DNA of 64,000 nucleotides from Escherichia coli (GTDB lineage Bacteria > Pseudomonadota > Gammaproteobacteria > Enterobacterales > Enterobacteriaceae), in NCBI RefSeq assembly GCF_044647545.1, contig NZ_CP172818.1. The stretch is one strand, 5' to 3'. A model generated the notes under the pieces. That model saw only the letters and a program-made list of their open reading frames with translations. It was not told where the DNA came from and searched no databases. A program made the position numbers and the translations under genes. Each line of letters starts with the position of its first letter. The first letter of the stretch is position 1. This document shows, in pieces, positions 44,414-53,332 of this stretch.

Positions 44414-44689
44414 TCAGATTTCACCTTTTAATTTCATTGCAATTAGAGTTGCCAGAAATTCGGCTTTTTTTTCTGCGGGCAGATTCTTTCCGATATGCAC
44501 CAGGCACATTTTTTTGACACCTTCATCAAGTGTTTTTACGTTGCCTGATGGACCATCGATATCAACCACAGTGAATGGGGTTTCTTTATTTTCTGTTTTA
44601 ATTACGTAGCCAATGCGCTTTCCTTCCAGATTCACCTCGTGAACAATGTCATCGGTAGTTACAACAGTGGCTTCATAATTGGTAATCAT
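44414..44689 (-). CDS. racC: prophage protein RacC
   Basis: ORF 44414-44737; likely 91-aa product MITNYEATVVTTDDIVHEV...; upstream of recE. Confidence 0.7.
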   Translation of the reverse strand: MITNYEATVVTTDDIVHEVNLEGKRIGYVIKTENKETPFTVVDIDGPSGNVKTLDEGVKKMCLVHIGKNLPAEKKAEFLATLIAMKLKGEI

Positions 44690-44763
44690 GTTTTTCTCCT
44701 TAATTAAGGTTGAGCGAATACCTGCCATTTCTGGCATAAATTCAGTTTCGAATAGTCAATTAA

Positions 44764-44934
44764 TTAAAGTTCATGTGCCATCTGGTCTTTTTCGGCACAA
44801 GCTTCACTGCAATATTTTCTCGGTTCGTCTTTTGATAAAATCCCGTGCATGAAGTGAAGCATTCTTTCAATAGCTTTGCTTTCTTCAACGTCTTTTTTGC
44901 AAAGGTGGTAAGCACATTTTATTTTCTTAGTCAT
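44764..44934 (-). CDS. ydaE: small prophage protein YdaE (Cys-rich)
   Basis: 56-aa minus-strand [59 protein letters not shown]; start overlaps kilR stop; below ORF-track cutoff. Confidence 0.55.
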   Translation of the reverse strand: MTKKIKCAYHLCKKDVEESKAIERMLHFMHGILSKDEPRKYCSEACAEKDQMAHEL

Positions 44935-45155
44935 CACCATGACTCCGCCTTTACAGGTAAACCATCACGACCGAGGAAGACTTTAATCATGCGGTCAGTA
45001 ATGAATGTTTTTGTGGTCAGGTTACGAATATATAGTTTTCGCTTTTTAATATTGTTTGCCGAGGCAATATATGTCCGGCCTTCATGAAGAACATAATCGC
45101 CAGGAGTCACACACTGACGTGGTATTTCATCAGTTCCGAAGTGATGTGCAATCAT
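44934..45155 (-). CDS. kilR: cell-division inhibitor KilR
   Basis: ORF 44934-45167; 73-aa product [40 protein letters not shown]... matches recalled KilR. Confidence 0.8.
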
Positions 45156-45596
45156 AATTATCTCCATTTTTACAAATGAACTTTGTTGATGCGGTGTCTG
45201 GTGCCTCCAGGTGACTGCAACCAGTTAACAATTACAGTCGGCTTTCCCACCCAAACCAATAAGGACTAACATGACTTTTAACTGTGCCACGTGCGCTTAG
45301 CCGCATTCACCGCATCACAAAATTCACTTTAAAAAGGGCGGACATCAGCCGAACTTCAAGAAAAAAACTGATGCCGCCAGGACTACACACAGCAATGTCG
45401 TTATTTACAACCGGAGGCGCACTCCCACCATTTAAATTTAACAGACAAGACCGACTCTTTATGGATATCGGAAATGCGCCTTCGTGTTGTGCCCGGTTTT
45501 ATTTCACCACCTCCGGGCTTCGGTGGTCTCGGCTATACCCCTACAGCGAGAGCTTGTGTTAACATTTCAATACCCTTACAGTTGAGAGTTATTGAT

Positions 45597-46085
45597 ATGT
45601 TGGATGTATTTACTCCATTGTTGAAACTTTTTGCTAACGAGCCACTCGAAAGACTTATGTATACGATTATCATTTTTGGTCTCACTCTCTGGCTGATACC
45701 GAAAGAGTTTACTGTCGCATTCAATGCTTATACTGAAATACCTTGGCTCTTTCAGATTATCGTTTTTGCCTTTTCTTTCGTGGTCGCCATTTCCTTCTCA
45801 AGATTGCGAGCACATATTCAAAAGCATTATTCATTACTACCAGAGCAACGAGTATTGCTTCGTTTATCTGAGAAAGAAATCGCTGTATTTAAAGATTTCC
45901 TTAAAACAGGAAATCTTATTATCACTTCTCCTTGCCGTAACCCGGTTATGAAAAAATTAGAACGGAAGGGCATCATTCAACATCAGAGTGATAGCGCAAA
46001 CTGTTCTTATTATCTCGTCACCGAAAAATACTCCCATTTTATGAAGTTATTCTGGAACAGCAGGAGTAGACGTTTTAATCGTTAG
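45597..46085 (+). CDS. sieB: superinfection exclusion protein SieB
   Basis: ORF 45474-46085 without upstream in-frame start signal context; likely ATG at 45597 (MLDVFTPLLKLFANEPLERLMYTIIIFGLTLWLIP...), membrane-anchored N-terminus. Confidence 0.8.
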   Translation: MLDVFTPLLKLFANEPLERLMYTIIIFGLTLWLIPKEFTVAFNAYTEIPWLFQIIVFAFSFVVAISFSRLRAHIQKHYSLLPEQRVLLRLSEKEIAVFKDFLKTGNLIITSPCRNPVMKKLERKGIIQHQSDSANCSYYLVTEKYSHFMKLFWNSRSRRFNR

Positions 46086-46237
46086 CTTACTGTGTGCTTC
46101 TCCAACCATCGGCGCGCACCAGTTTCGGTTTTAAATGTTTTGCTTTTGGTATACGTCATGGCAGTGAACGTTCCATCCTGGTTGGGGAACACGCCGCACA
46201 CCAGGGATTCGTTGTTGCCGAGGTCGATTTTTTGCAT
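46082..46237 (-). CDS. ydaF: small prophage protein YdaF
   Basis: 51-aa minus-strand ORF MQKIDLGNNESLVCGVFPNQDGTFTAMTYTKSKTFKTETGARRWLEKHTVS; below ORF-track cutoff. Confidence 0.5.
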   Translation of the reverse strand: MQKIDLGNNESLVCGVFPNQDGTFTAMTYTKSKTFKTETGARRWLEKHTVS

Positions 46238-46247
46238 TTTGCGAATC

Positions 46248-46382
46248 TCACATCTTGTTGCTACGTATAGCGACTTCTGCCTGCCAGAGATCCCAGTCGT
46301 TGCTGCGTAAAGCCTGCACAGCCTGGTTGTAAGTGATACCGCAACAATCCATCAAATACTGAACTACTTCGTAATGCACCAT
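46248..46382 (-). CDS. ydaG: small prophage protein YdaG
   Basis: 44-aa minus-strand ORF MVHYEVVQYLMDCCGITYNQAVQALRSNDWDLWQAEVAIRSNKM; below ORF-track cutoff. Confidence 0.5.
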   Translation of the reverse strand: MVHYEVVQYLMDCCGITYNQAVQALRSNDWDLWQAEVAIRSNKM

Positions 46383-46551
46383 CTTATCTCTCCCCTTAAC
46401 GCCGGGTGGCGGAACTAACTGCTGCACTGCAAAATTTGAATCCCGCCGTCATGTTCATACGCCTCGGGCTGGCTACTTAACCCCTTACCACTGCCTGGTA
46501 ACTCGAAGTATTGCCCGGCGTTCTGTGGGGCGGGGTGGGTGGTATGCTGGA

Positions 46552-46596
46552 ACTATAGGTAATGCCTAATTGATTGTCAATAGGCTATGCCTAATG
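46552..46596 (-). promoter_or_regulatory. leftward early promoter (PL-like) with overlapping operator half-sites, downstream of racR
   Basis: Minus strand reads cctaTTGACAat-17 bp-TATAGT; TGCCTAA/TTAGGC half-sites at 46563-46570 and 46581-46595 (taggc-tat-gccta inverted repeat). Confidence 0.4.
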
Positions 46597-46690
46597 TTTT
46601 GAGCGTAACCTAATAGGTGATGGCGACAGCAGAAAGTGATGGGGGGGTTAAATAACGGAATCCAGGAGTTTTCCGTCAGACCATATAAGT

Positions 46691-47167
46691 TTAAGTTCCA
46701 GTTTTTGTGATGTTCTGGCTTTTCCGTTCAGATTCAAGAGCTTTCAGATACTTACCCACTTTCATTTCCATCGCTGCTATGTAGGCGCGAACATCGTGGT
46801 CAACCCAATCTGGTTCTGTAGCATTTCCAGATAACAGGAAAGCTACAATCGCTCTTATTTCATCAGAGGCTGCTTGATAAAGGTTGTTTATATCTAAAAG
46901 TTCACTTTTTGTATCTGAATTGGTGGGGGTTGGTATGGGGTATTCGTTAAGCCCCCAATGCTCTGGACCAACAACATCAGAAAAGAAACGCCATAATTCT
47001 GGAAGTTTATCTTTACTTATAGAGCCTTTCTTAATCCAGTCATAAATTGATGGTGGTTGGACTTTAAAGTGGCGTGCGACCTCCGCCTTTGATTTGACGG
47101 ATCCCGATGCGATTTTTTTGTTAATGGCCTGCTCTATCGCTCGGCCTAAGTCTTTACCACTAAGCAT
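46691..47167 (-). CDS. racR: prophage repressor RacR (cI-like role)
   Basis: 158 aa ORF with N-terminal HTH-like region; divergent from ydaS; flanked on both sides by operator-like repeats. Confidence 0.8.
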   Translation of the reverse strand: MLSGKDLGRAIEQAINKKIASGSVKSKAEVARHFKVQPPSIYDWIKKGSISKDKLPELWRFFSDVVGPEHWGLNEYPIPTPTNSDTKSELLDINNLYQAASDEIRAIVAFLLSGNATEPDWVDHDVRAYIAAMEMKVGKYLKALESERKSQNITKTGT

Positions 47168-47194
47168 TGCTTAATATTCTCCTATGCGCATTAC

Positions 47195-47264
47195 ATTAGG
47201 CAATCCCTACCCTTACTGCATTAGGCACAGCCTATTGACAATTGCGTTAGGCGTCGCCTAATAT
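47195..47264 (+). promoter_or_regulatory. rightward early promoter (PR-like) with operator repeats between racR and ydaS
   Basis: attaggca at 47195-47202 and 47220-47227; cctaTTGACAat at 47231-47242; perfect palindrome ttaggcg-t-cgcctaa at 47247-47261 in the spacer; TAATAT -10 at 47259-47264. Confidence 0.45.
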
Positions 47265-47290
47265 TTCTGTGTGTTTTTGGAGTTCATTCG

Positions 47291-47587
47291 ATGAAAAAAG
47301 AGAACTATTCATTCAAGCAAGCTTGTGCTGTTGTCGGTGGGCAATCAGCAATGGCTAGGCTTTTAGGTGTATCACCTCCAAGCGTAAATCAATGGATCAA
47401 AGGGGTACGTCAATTGCCTGCCGAGAGATGTCCAGCAATTGAACGTGCAACAAGAGGTGAGGTTCTGTGCGAAGAACTTCGTCCTGATATTGACTGGTCA
47501 TATTTACGACGTTCGGCATGTTGTTCGCAGAATATGTCAGTGAAGCAACTAAATGACAGTAACAAATCCTCATTTGATCATACCTGA
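47291..47587 (+). CDS. ydaS: Cro/HTH-like small DNA-binding protein YdaS
   Basis: 98 aa ORF with HTH (FKQACAVVGGQSAMARLLGVSPPSVNQWIKG); first gene of rightward operon. Confidence 0.8.
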   Translation: MKKENYSFKQACAVVGGQSAMARLLGVSPPSVNQWIKGVRQLPAERCPAIERATRGEVLCEELRPDIDWSYLRRSACCSQNMSVKQLNDSNKSSFDHT

Positions 47588-47609
47588 AACATCAAGAGGC
47601 AAATGATTC

Positions 47610-48032
47610 ATGAAAATCAAGCATGAGCACATCGAATCAGTGTTGTTTGCCCTAGCAGCCGAAAAAGGGCAGGCATGGGTAGCCAATGCAATTACTGAAG
47701 AATATCTGCGCCAGGGGGGCGGCGAATTGCCCCTGGTTCCAGGCAAGGACTGGAACAATCAGCAGAATATCTATCACCGTTGGTTGAAAGGTGAAACGAA
47801 AACGCAAAGAGAAAAAATTCAGAAGCTGATCCCAGCAATTCTGGCAATCCTTCCGCGCGAGCTGCGTCACCGACTCTGCATCTTCGATACCCTGGAACGC
47901 CGTGCATTACTGGCGGCGCAGGAAGCGTTAAGTACGGCAATTGATGCGCATGATGATGCAGTCCAAGCCGTTTACCGGAAAGCGCATTTCAGCGGCGGCG
48001 GTTCTTCCGACGATTCTGTCATTGTTCATTAA
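47610..48032 (+). CDS. ydaT: prophage protein YdaT (cII-position protein)
   Basis: 140 aa ORF immediately downstream of ydaS. Confidence 0.8.
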   Translation: MKIKHEHIESVLFALAAEKGQAWVANAITEEYLRQGGGELPLVPGKDWNNQQNIYHRWLKGETKTQREKIQKLIPAILAILPRELRHRLCIFDTLERRALLAAQEALSTAIDAHDDAVQAVYRKAHFSGGGSSDDSVIVH

Positions 48033-48044
48033 GCAAAAGTTTCC

Positions 48045-48902
48045 ATGCTGTTTGTGCTTATTCTAAGCCACCGGGCAGCATCATACGGGGCAATTATGGC
48101 CGCATTACCATACATGCAACTGTACATAGCTGATTACCTGGCTGACACCATGCATTTGTCAGCAGAGGAGCATGGTGCGTATTTGTTGCTGATGTTCAAT
48201 TACTGGCAAACAGGAAAGCCAATACCTAAAAACAGGCTGGCAAAAATTGCCCGTCTGACTAACGAGCGATGGGCTGATGTTGAACCATCCTTGCAGGAGT
48301 TTTTTTGCGATAACGGCGAGGAATGGGTGCATCTTCGGATTGAGGAAGATCTGGCATCAGTCAGGGAAAAATTAACCAAAAAATCAGCCGCAGGAAAAGC
48401 ATCTGTTCAGGCCAGAAGAAGCAGAAAGGAAGCAGATGTTCAAACAAAACAAGAGAGAAATTTAACAGGTGTTCAAACAGATGTTGAAGTGGTGTTTGAA
48501 CATGATGTCAACACAAAGGCAACTAATAAAGATACAGATAAAGATCTAAAAACAGATCCCCCCCTAAATCCCCCCCGGGGGAATCGAGGTGTCAAAAAGT
48601 TTGACCCTCTGGATATTACTTTGCCGAACTGGATTTCTGTCTCGCTTTGGCGTGAGTGGGTTGAATTTCGCCAGGCATTGCGAAAACCGATTCGAACGGA
48701 GCAGGGCGCTAACGGGGCGATACGGGAGCTGGAAAAATTCCGCCAGCAGGGTTTTTCACCTGAGCAGGTGATTCGACACAGCATCGCCAATGAATACCAG
48801 GGCTTGTTCGCGCCGAAAGGTGTTCGACCTGAGACGTTACTCCGACAGGTTAACACCGTCTCGTTACCGGATAGTGCGATCCCGCCAGGCTTCAGGGGGT
48901 AA
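48045..48902 (+). CDS. ydaU: replication-initiation-like protein YdaU (lambda O position)
   Basis: 285 aa ORF preceding a DnaC-like gene, lambdoid O-P arrangement. Confidence 0.75.
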   Translation: MLFVLILSHRAASYGAIMAALPYMQLYIADYLADTMHLSAEEHGAYLLLMFNYWQTGKPIPKNRLAKIARLTNERWADVEPSLQEFFCDNGEEWVHLRIEEDLASVREKLTKKSAAGKASVQARRSRKEADVQTKQERNLTGVQTDVEVVFEHDVNTKATNKDTDKDLKTDPPLNPPRGNRGVKKFDPLDITLPNWISVSLWREWVEFRQALRKPIRTEQGANGAIRELEKFRQQGFSPEQVIRHSIANEYQGLFAPKGVRPETLLRQVNTVSLPDSAIPPGFRG

Positions 48903-48908
48903 CTGACC

Positions 48909-49655
48909 ATGAAAAATATTGCGACAGGCGATGTTCTTGAACGTATCCGCAGACTGGCCCCGTCACATGTAACCGCGCCATTCAAGACGGTAGCGGAGTG
49001 GCGCGAGTGGCAACTTTCCGAAGGCCAGAAACGTTGTGAGGAGATCAACCGTCAGAATCGTCAGTTGCGGGTGGAAAAAATTCTGAATCGCTCTGGCATC
49101 CAGCCATTGCACCGCAAATGCTCGTTTTCGAATTACCAGGTGCAGAACGAAGGGCAGCGATACGCGTTGAGTCAGGCGAAATCCATCGCTGATGAACTGA
49201 TGACCGGGTGTACAAATTTTGCGTTCAGCGGAAAACCTGGTACCGGGAAGAACCACTTAGCGGCAGCTATCGGGAATCGCCTGCTGAAAGACGGTCAGAC
49301 AGTGATTGTGGTTACCGTGGCTGATGTTATGAGTGCCCTGCACGCCAGCTATGACGATGGGCAGTCAGGCGAAAAATTTTTGCGGGAACTGTGCGAAGTG
49401 GATCTGCTGGTTCTTGATGAAATTGGCATTCAGCGCGAGACGAAAAACGAGCAGGTGGTACTGCACCAGATTGTTGATCGCCGGACAGCGTCGATGCGCA
49501 GCGTGGGGATGCTGACAAACCTGAACTATGAGGCCATGAAAACATTGCTCGGCGAGCGGATTATGGATCGCATGACCATGAACGGCGGGCGATGGGTGAA
49601 TTTTAACTGGGAGAGCTGGCGTCCGAATGTCGTCCAGCCAGGAATTGCGAAGTAA
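48909..49655 (+). CDS. ydaV: DnaC/IstB-like AAA+ replication protein (helicase loader)
   Basis: 248 aa ORF with Walker A ([15 protein letters not shown]) and Walker B (LLVLDEIG). Confidence 0.8.
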   Translation: MKNIATGDVLERIRRLAPSHVTAPFKTVAEWREWQLSEGQKRCEEINRQNRQLRVEKILNRSGIQPLHRKCSFSNYQVQNEGQRYALSQAKSIADELMTGCTNFAFSGKPGTGKNHLAAAIGNRLLKDGQTVIVVTVADVMSALHASYDDGQSGEKFLRELCEVDLLVLDEIGIQRETKNEQVVLHQIVDRRTASMRSVGMLTNLNYEAMKTLLGERIMDRMTMNGGRWVNFNWESWRPNVVQPGIAK

Positions 49656-50199
49656 TTTTTACCGGGAGAAAAATTTAATGGAGACTGTTTTTGACGCACT
49701 GAAAGCAATGGGAAAAGCCACATCCATAGAACTTGCTGCGCGACTTGATATCAGTCGTGAAGAAGTGCTGAACGAACTATGGGAACTGAAAAAGGCTGGT
49801 TTTGTTGATAAAAGCGCGTACACCTGGCGTGTGGCTGATAACAATGTTCAGCAGGAACAGCCAGCGCAGGCAGAACTGCCGGAAGAAATCACCACAGCAA
49901 CAGTAGCGAAAATCTCAGAGTGCGATTTAACCGCGACGATTGAACAACGAGGACCACAAACGGCTGATGAGCTGGCTACATTGTTTGGTACCACATCACG
50001 CAAAGTGGCTTCAACGCTGGCAATGGCAATCAGCAAAGGTCGTCTGATTCGCGTAAATCAGGGCGGTAAATTTCGTTACTGCATACCGGGCGATAATTTA
50101 CCAGCAGAGCCGAAAGCAGCATCGGTATCTCCGCTCTGGTTATCTGCATCATCGTCTGCCTGTCATGGGCTGTTAATCATTACCGTGATAACGCCATGA
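49627..50199 (+). CDS. ydaW: prophage protein YdaW, probably a remnant; 3' end runs out of frame over the Rz N-terminal coding region
   Basis: 190 aa ORF; N-terminal winged-helix-like region; its last ~33 codons overlap sequence that encodes an Rz transmembrane segment in another frame. Confidence 0.5.
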   Translation: MSSSQELRSNFYREKNLMETVFDALKAMGKATSIELAARLDISREEVLNELWELKKAGFVDKSAYTWRVADNNVQQEQPAQAELPEEITTATVAKISECDLTATIEQRGPQTADELATLFGTTSRKVASTLAMAISKGRLIRVNQGGKFRYCIPGDNLPAEPKAASVSPLWLSASSSACHGLLIITVITP

Positions 50200-50570
50200 C
50201 CTACAAAGAGCAGCGCGATAAAAAAGTCAGTGAGCTGAAGCAGGCGACTGCCACCATTACTGACATGCAGCAGCGCCAGCGTACTGCTGATGCACTTGAT
50301 GCTAAATACACGAAGGAGTTAGCTGATGCGAAAGCTGAAAATGATGCTCTGCGTGATGATGTTGCCGCTGGTCGTCGTCGGTTGCACATCAAAGCAGTCT
50401 GTCAGTCAGTGCGTGAAGCCACCACCGCCTCCGGCGTGGATAATGCAGCCTCCCCCCGACTGGCAGACACCGCTGAACGGGATTATTTCACCCTCCGGGA
50501 ACGACTGGTAATGATGCAGGCCCAACTTGAAGGTGCTCAGCAATACATAACCGAGCAGTGTTTAAAGTAA
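50097..50570 (+). pseudogene. rzpR: Rz-like i-spanin lacking a start codon
   Basis: Frame open from 50097; encodes ...[34 protein letters not shown]... (Rz-like TM helix plus coiled-coil domain) but the first ATG (50196) lies after the TM segment. Confidence 0.65.
50326..50511 (+). CDS. rzoR: Rz1-like o-spanin lipoprotein embedded in the +1 frame of rzpR
   Basis: 61 aa ORF with lipobox ([11 protein letters not shown]) and proline-rich tail ([18 protein letters not shown]), fully nested in rzpR. Confidence 0.7.
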   Translation: MRKLKMMLCVMMLPLVVVGCTSKQSVSQCVKPPPPPAWIMQPPPDWQTPLNGIISPSGNDW

Positions 50571-50707
50571 AATCTTAACTACAATATGATTCATTTTGAT
50601 GATTGTTTCATAAGGAACAGTGAAGTAAGATCTAAGAGGAGTTAAATTTTATACAGTATAATCATAATATTGCAGCAAGGTGGTTATAATTGAAAGAATA
50701 TTTAGAT

Positions 50708-52165
50708 ATGAATACATCTCATGTAAGAGTTGTTACTCATATGTGTGGGTTCCTGGTTTGGCTCTATAGTCTTTCAATGTTGCCACCAATGGTTGTAGCA
50801 TTGTTTTATAAAGAAAAAAGCCTGTTTGTTTTCTTTATAACTTTCGTTATATTTTTTTGCATTGGTGGCGGAGCGTGGTATACAACTAAGAAATCTGGCA
50901 TTCAATTACGTACCCGTGATGGGTTTATTATAATTGTAATGTTTTGGATTTTGTTTTCTGTTATTAGTGCATTCCCTTTATGGATTGACTCAGAACTTAA
51001 TTTAACGTTCATTGATGCTCTGTTTGAAGGGGTTTCTGGAATAACAACAACAGGAGCAACTGTAATTGATGATGTTAGTTCATTACCTCGGGCATATTTG
51101 TACTATCGGTCACAGTTAAATTTTATAGGTGGTTTAGGAGTTATTGTTCTGGCGGTTGCTGTATTGCCATTATTGGGTATTGGTGGTGCAAAGCTTTATC
51201 AGTCAGAAATGCCGGGGCCATTTAAGGATGACAAACTCACTCCCCGCCTGGCCGATACGTCACGGACACTGTGGATAACTTATTCTTTATTAGGTATTGC
51301 TTGTATTGTCTGTTATAGACTTGCAGGAATGCCTTTGTTTGATGCTATTTGTCACGGGATTTCCACAGTTTCGCTTGGTGGTTTCTCAACTCATAGCGAG
51401 AGTATCGGATATTTTAATAACTATTTGGTTGAGCTGGTGGCTGGTTCTTTTTCCCTGCTATCGGCTTTCAACTTCACTCTTTGGTATATTGTTATTAGCA
51501 GGAAAACGATAAAACCTTTAATCAGAGATATTGAACTTCGTTTCTTTCTGTTAATAGCCTTAGGGGTGATCATTGTTACCTCTTTCCAGGTCTGGCATAT
51601 AGGTATGTATGACTTGCATGGAAGTTTTATTCATTCGTTTTTTCTTGCCAGCTCCATGCTCACTGATAATGGTTTAGCTACGCAGGATTATGCAAGTTGG
51701 CCCACGCACACGATAGTGTTTTTGCTGTTGTCAAGTTTCTTTGGGGGATGTATAGGTTCAACTTGTGGTGGAATTAAGTCACTTCGATTTCTTATACTTT
51801 TCAAACAAAGCAAACACGAGATAAATCAGCTTTCTCATCCCAGAGCGTTGTTGAGTGTAAATGTAGGAGGGAAGATAGTTACAGATCGTGTAATGAGGTC
51901 TGTATGGAGTTTCTTTTTTCTTTATACTCTCTTCACGGTGTTTTTTATACTGGTGTTAAATGGTATGGGATATGATTTTCTTACATCATTTGCAACAGTG
52001 GCTGCATGTATTAATAATATGGGATTAGGTTTTGGGGCTACTGCATCGTCATTCGGAGTGCTTAATGACATTGCAAAATGCTTAATGTGCATAGCTATGA
52101 TTCTTGGTCGCCTTGAAATTTATCCTGTTATTATATTGTTTTCAGGTTTTTTTTGGCGCTCCTAA
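50708..52165 (+). CDS. trkG: Trk-family potassium uptake membrane protein
   Basis: ORF 50690-52165; likely ATG at 50708 (MNTSHVRVVTHMCGF...); polytopic; AT-rich relative to its flanks by eye. Confidence 0.85.
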   Translation: MNTSHVRVVTHMCGFLVWLYSLSMLPPMVVALFYKEKSLFVFFITFVIFFCIGGGAWYTTKKSGIQLRTRDGFIIIVMFWILFSVISAFPLWIDSELNLTFIDALFEGVSGITTTGATVIDDVSSLPRAYLYYRSQLNFIGGLGVIVLAVAVLPLLGIGGAKLYQSEMPGPFKDDKLTPRLADTSRTLWITYSLLGIACIVCYRLAGMPLFDAICHGISTVSLGGFSTHSESIGYFNNYLVELVAGSFSLLSAFNFTLWYIVISRKTIKPLIRDIELRFFLLIALGVIIVTSFQVWHIGMYDLHGSFIHSFFLASSMLTDNGLATQDYASWPTHTIVFLLLSSFFGGCIGSTCGGIKSLRFLILFKQSKHEINQLSHPRALLSVNVGGKIVTDRVMRSVWSFFFLYTLFTVFFILVLNGMGYDFLTSFATVAACINNMGLGFGATASSFGVLNDIAKCLMCIAMILGRLEIYPVIILFSGFFWRS

Positions 52166-52302
52166 TATATGGCTGATTTATAATTGTGAGTTTAATATTA
52201 TGTTGACTCACTCATTGATCCAATACCTAACTTTACCAGCAACACCTCCGTCCCCAGTAGCACTGGCTGCTGGGGTGCGTTTTATTCATAAAGCAAGGCT
52301 GT

Positions 52303-52566
52303 ATGAGCGAGAAATTAAAGATAGTCTATCGCCCATTACAAGAATTGTCACCGTATGCGCACAACGCCAGGACGCACAGTACTGAGCAGGTGGCACAACT
52401 GGTAGAAAGTATTAAGCAATTCGGCTGGACTAATCCGGTGCTGATTGACGAAAAGGGCGAAATTATTGCGGGTCACGGTCGTGTTATGGCGGCTGAAATG
52501 CTCAAAATGGATTCTGTTCCGGTCATTGTTCTGTCTGGCCTGACGGATGAGCAGAAGCAGCGATAA
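52303..52566 (+). CDS. ynaK: ParB-like nuclease-domain protein fragment
   Basis: 87 aa ORF (MSEKLKIVYRPLQELSPYAHNARTHSTEQV...IAGHGR) resembling the N-terminal ParB/Srx domain; overlaps ydaY by 20 nt in another frame. Confidence 0.65.
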   Translation: MSEKLKIVYRPLQELSPYAHNARTHSTEQVAQLVESIKQFGWTNPVLIDEKGEIIAGHGRVMAAEMLKMDSVPVIVLSGLTDEQKQR

Positions 52567-52906
52567 CGATCAGTATCGCTCCCGTAATGCATTAATCCGT
52601 CGCCACATTGAGAAAATGGATGCCAGTTTGCACGTCGGAACGAAGGAGTTTGATATTTCAAAGGTTTCCGAGGTGGATTCTGTTGATGATTTACTCATTG
52701 ATAATGCCGCTCGTTATCTGCTGAAAGACTGGAAAGGGGTTGGTGAACTGGTTAATGGTGTTGAGGTTGCACTGGAATATACGGCAGAACGAGGGATCGC
52801 GCTGCTTAAGCAGAATCCAGAGTTGTACTGGCAGATCCTTGCAGAAGCAGCCAGCATCGCCCAGGGTAAAGAGCAGCAGAAGCAGGATACGATAAAAAAG
52901 CCATAG
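52547..52906 (+). CDS. ydaY: prophage protein YdaY (probable remnant)
   Basis: 119 aa ORF overlapping the end of ynaK in a different frame, suggesting a split ancestral gene. Confidence 0.55.
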   Translation: MSRSSDNDQYRSRNALIRRHIEKMDASLHVGTKEFDISKVSEVDSVDDLLIDNAARYLLKDWKGVGELVNGVEVALEYTAERGIALLKQNPELYWQILAEAASIAQGKEQQKQDTIKKP

Positions 52907-52980
52907 CTGCCCAGCGGTGGTTATCGGAGTTCGGGGGAGAAAGGGGGGAAAAGGCAAGATGGAAGCGAGAAAAACTCAGG

Positions 52981-53214
52981 TTGCCACCGATACCGGAACC
53001 AGAAATAGACCCGGTGCTTAAGGAGTTGTTGTACGCCTATTCGGTAATATCCCGTGCCCGACGTTATGCTGGAATGGCTGGGGTGCCTTTGCCTTTATCT
53101 CTGACAGAGATAAATGAATATTTAGCCACTCATCCGGTATTGATTGAGCGCGATGAATTTGAAGCAGTGATCTTTGCACTGGATGACCAGTATTTTCAGG
53201 AGCAGTGTGTGTAG
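52981..53214 (+). CDS. hypothetical 77-aa ORF (TTG start), possible tail-assembly chaperone remnant
   Basis: ORF directly upstream of the tape-measure fragment, the position occupied by G/GT chaperones in lambdoid tail modules; weak start context. Confidence 0.3.
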   Translation: MPPIPEPEIDPVLKELLYAYSVISRARRYAGMAGVPLPLSLTEINEYLATHPVLIERDEFEAVIFALDDQYFQEQCV

Positions 53215-53332
53215 TTGTTAATTACGTACACTCTGTTACAGAGATGTGATGGTGTCTTTAATTAAATCGATGATGCTCCTGGAGAAAAGCATTGCGTGGC
53301 CTCGTAATCGCTATATCTACTATTATGTCGCC

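Noticed and set aside
45284-45562. 92-aa ORF in the kilR-sieB intergenic region
   Set aside because: No Shine-Dalgarno, composition unlike neighbouring genes; more likely promoter/regulatory DNA (kept as a low-interest finding for the region, not as a gene)
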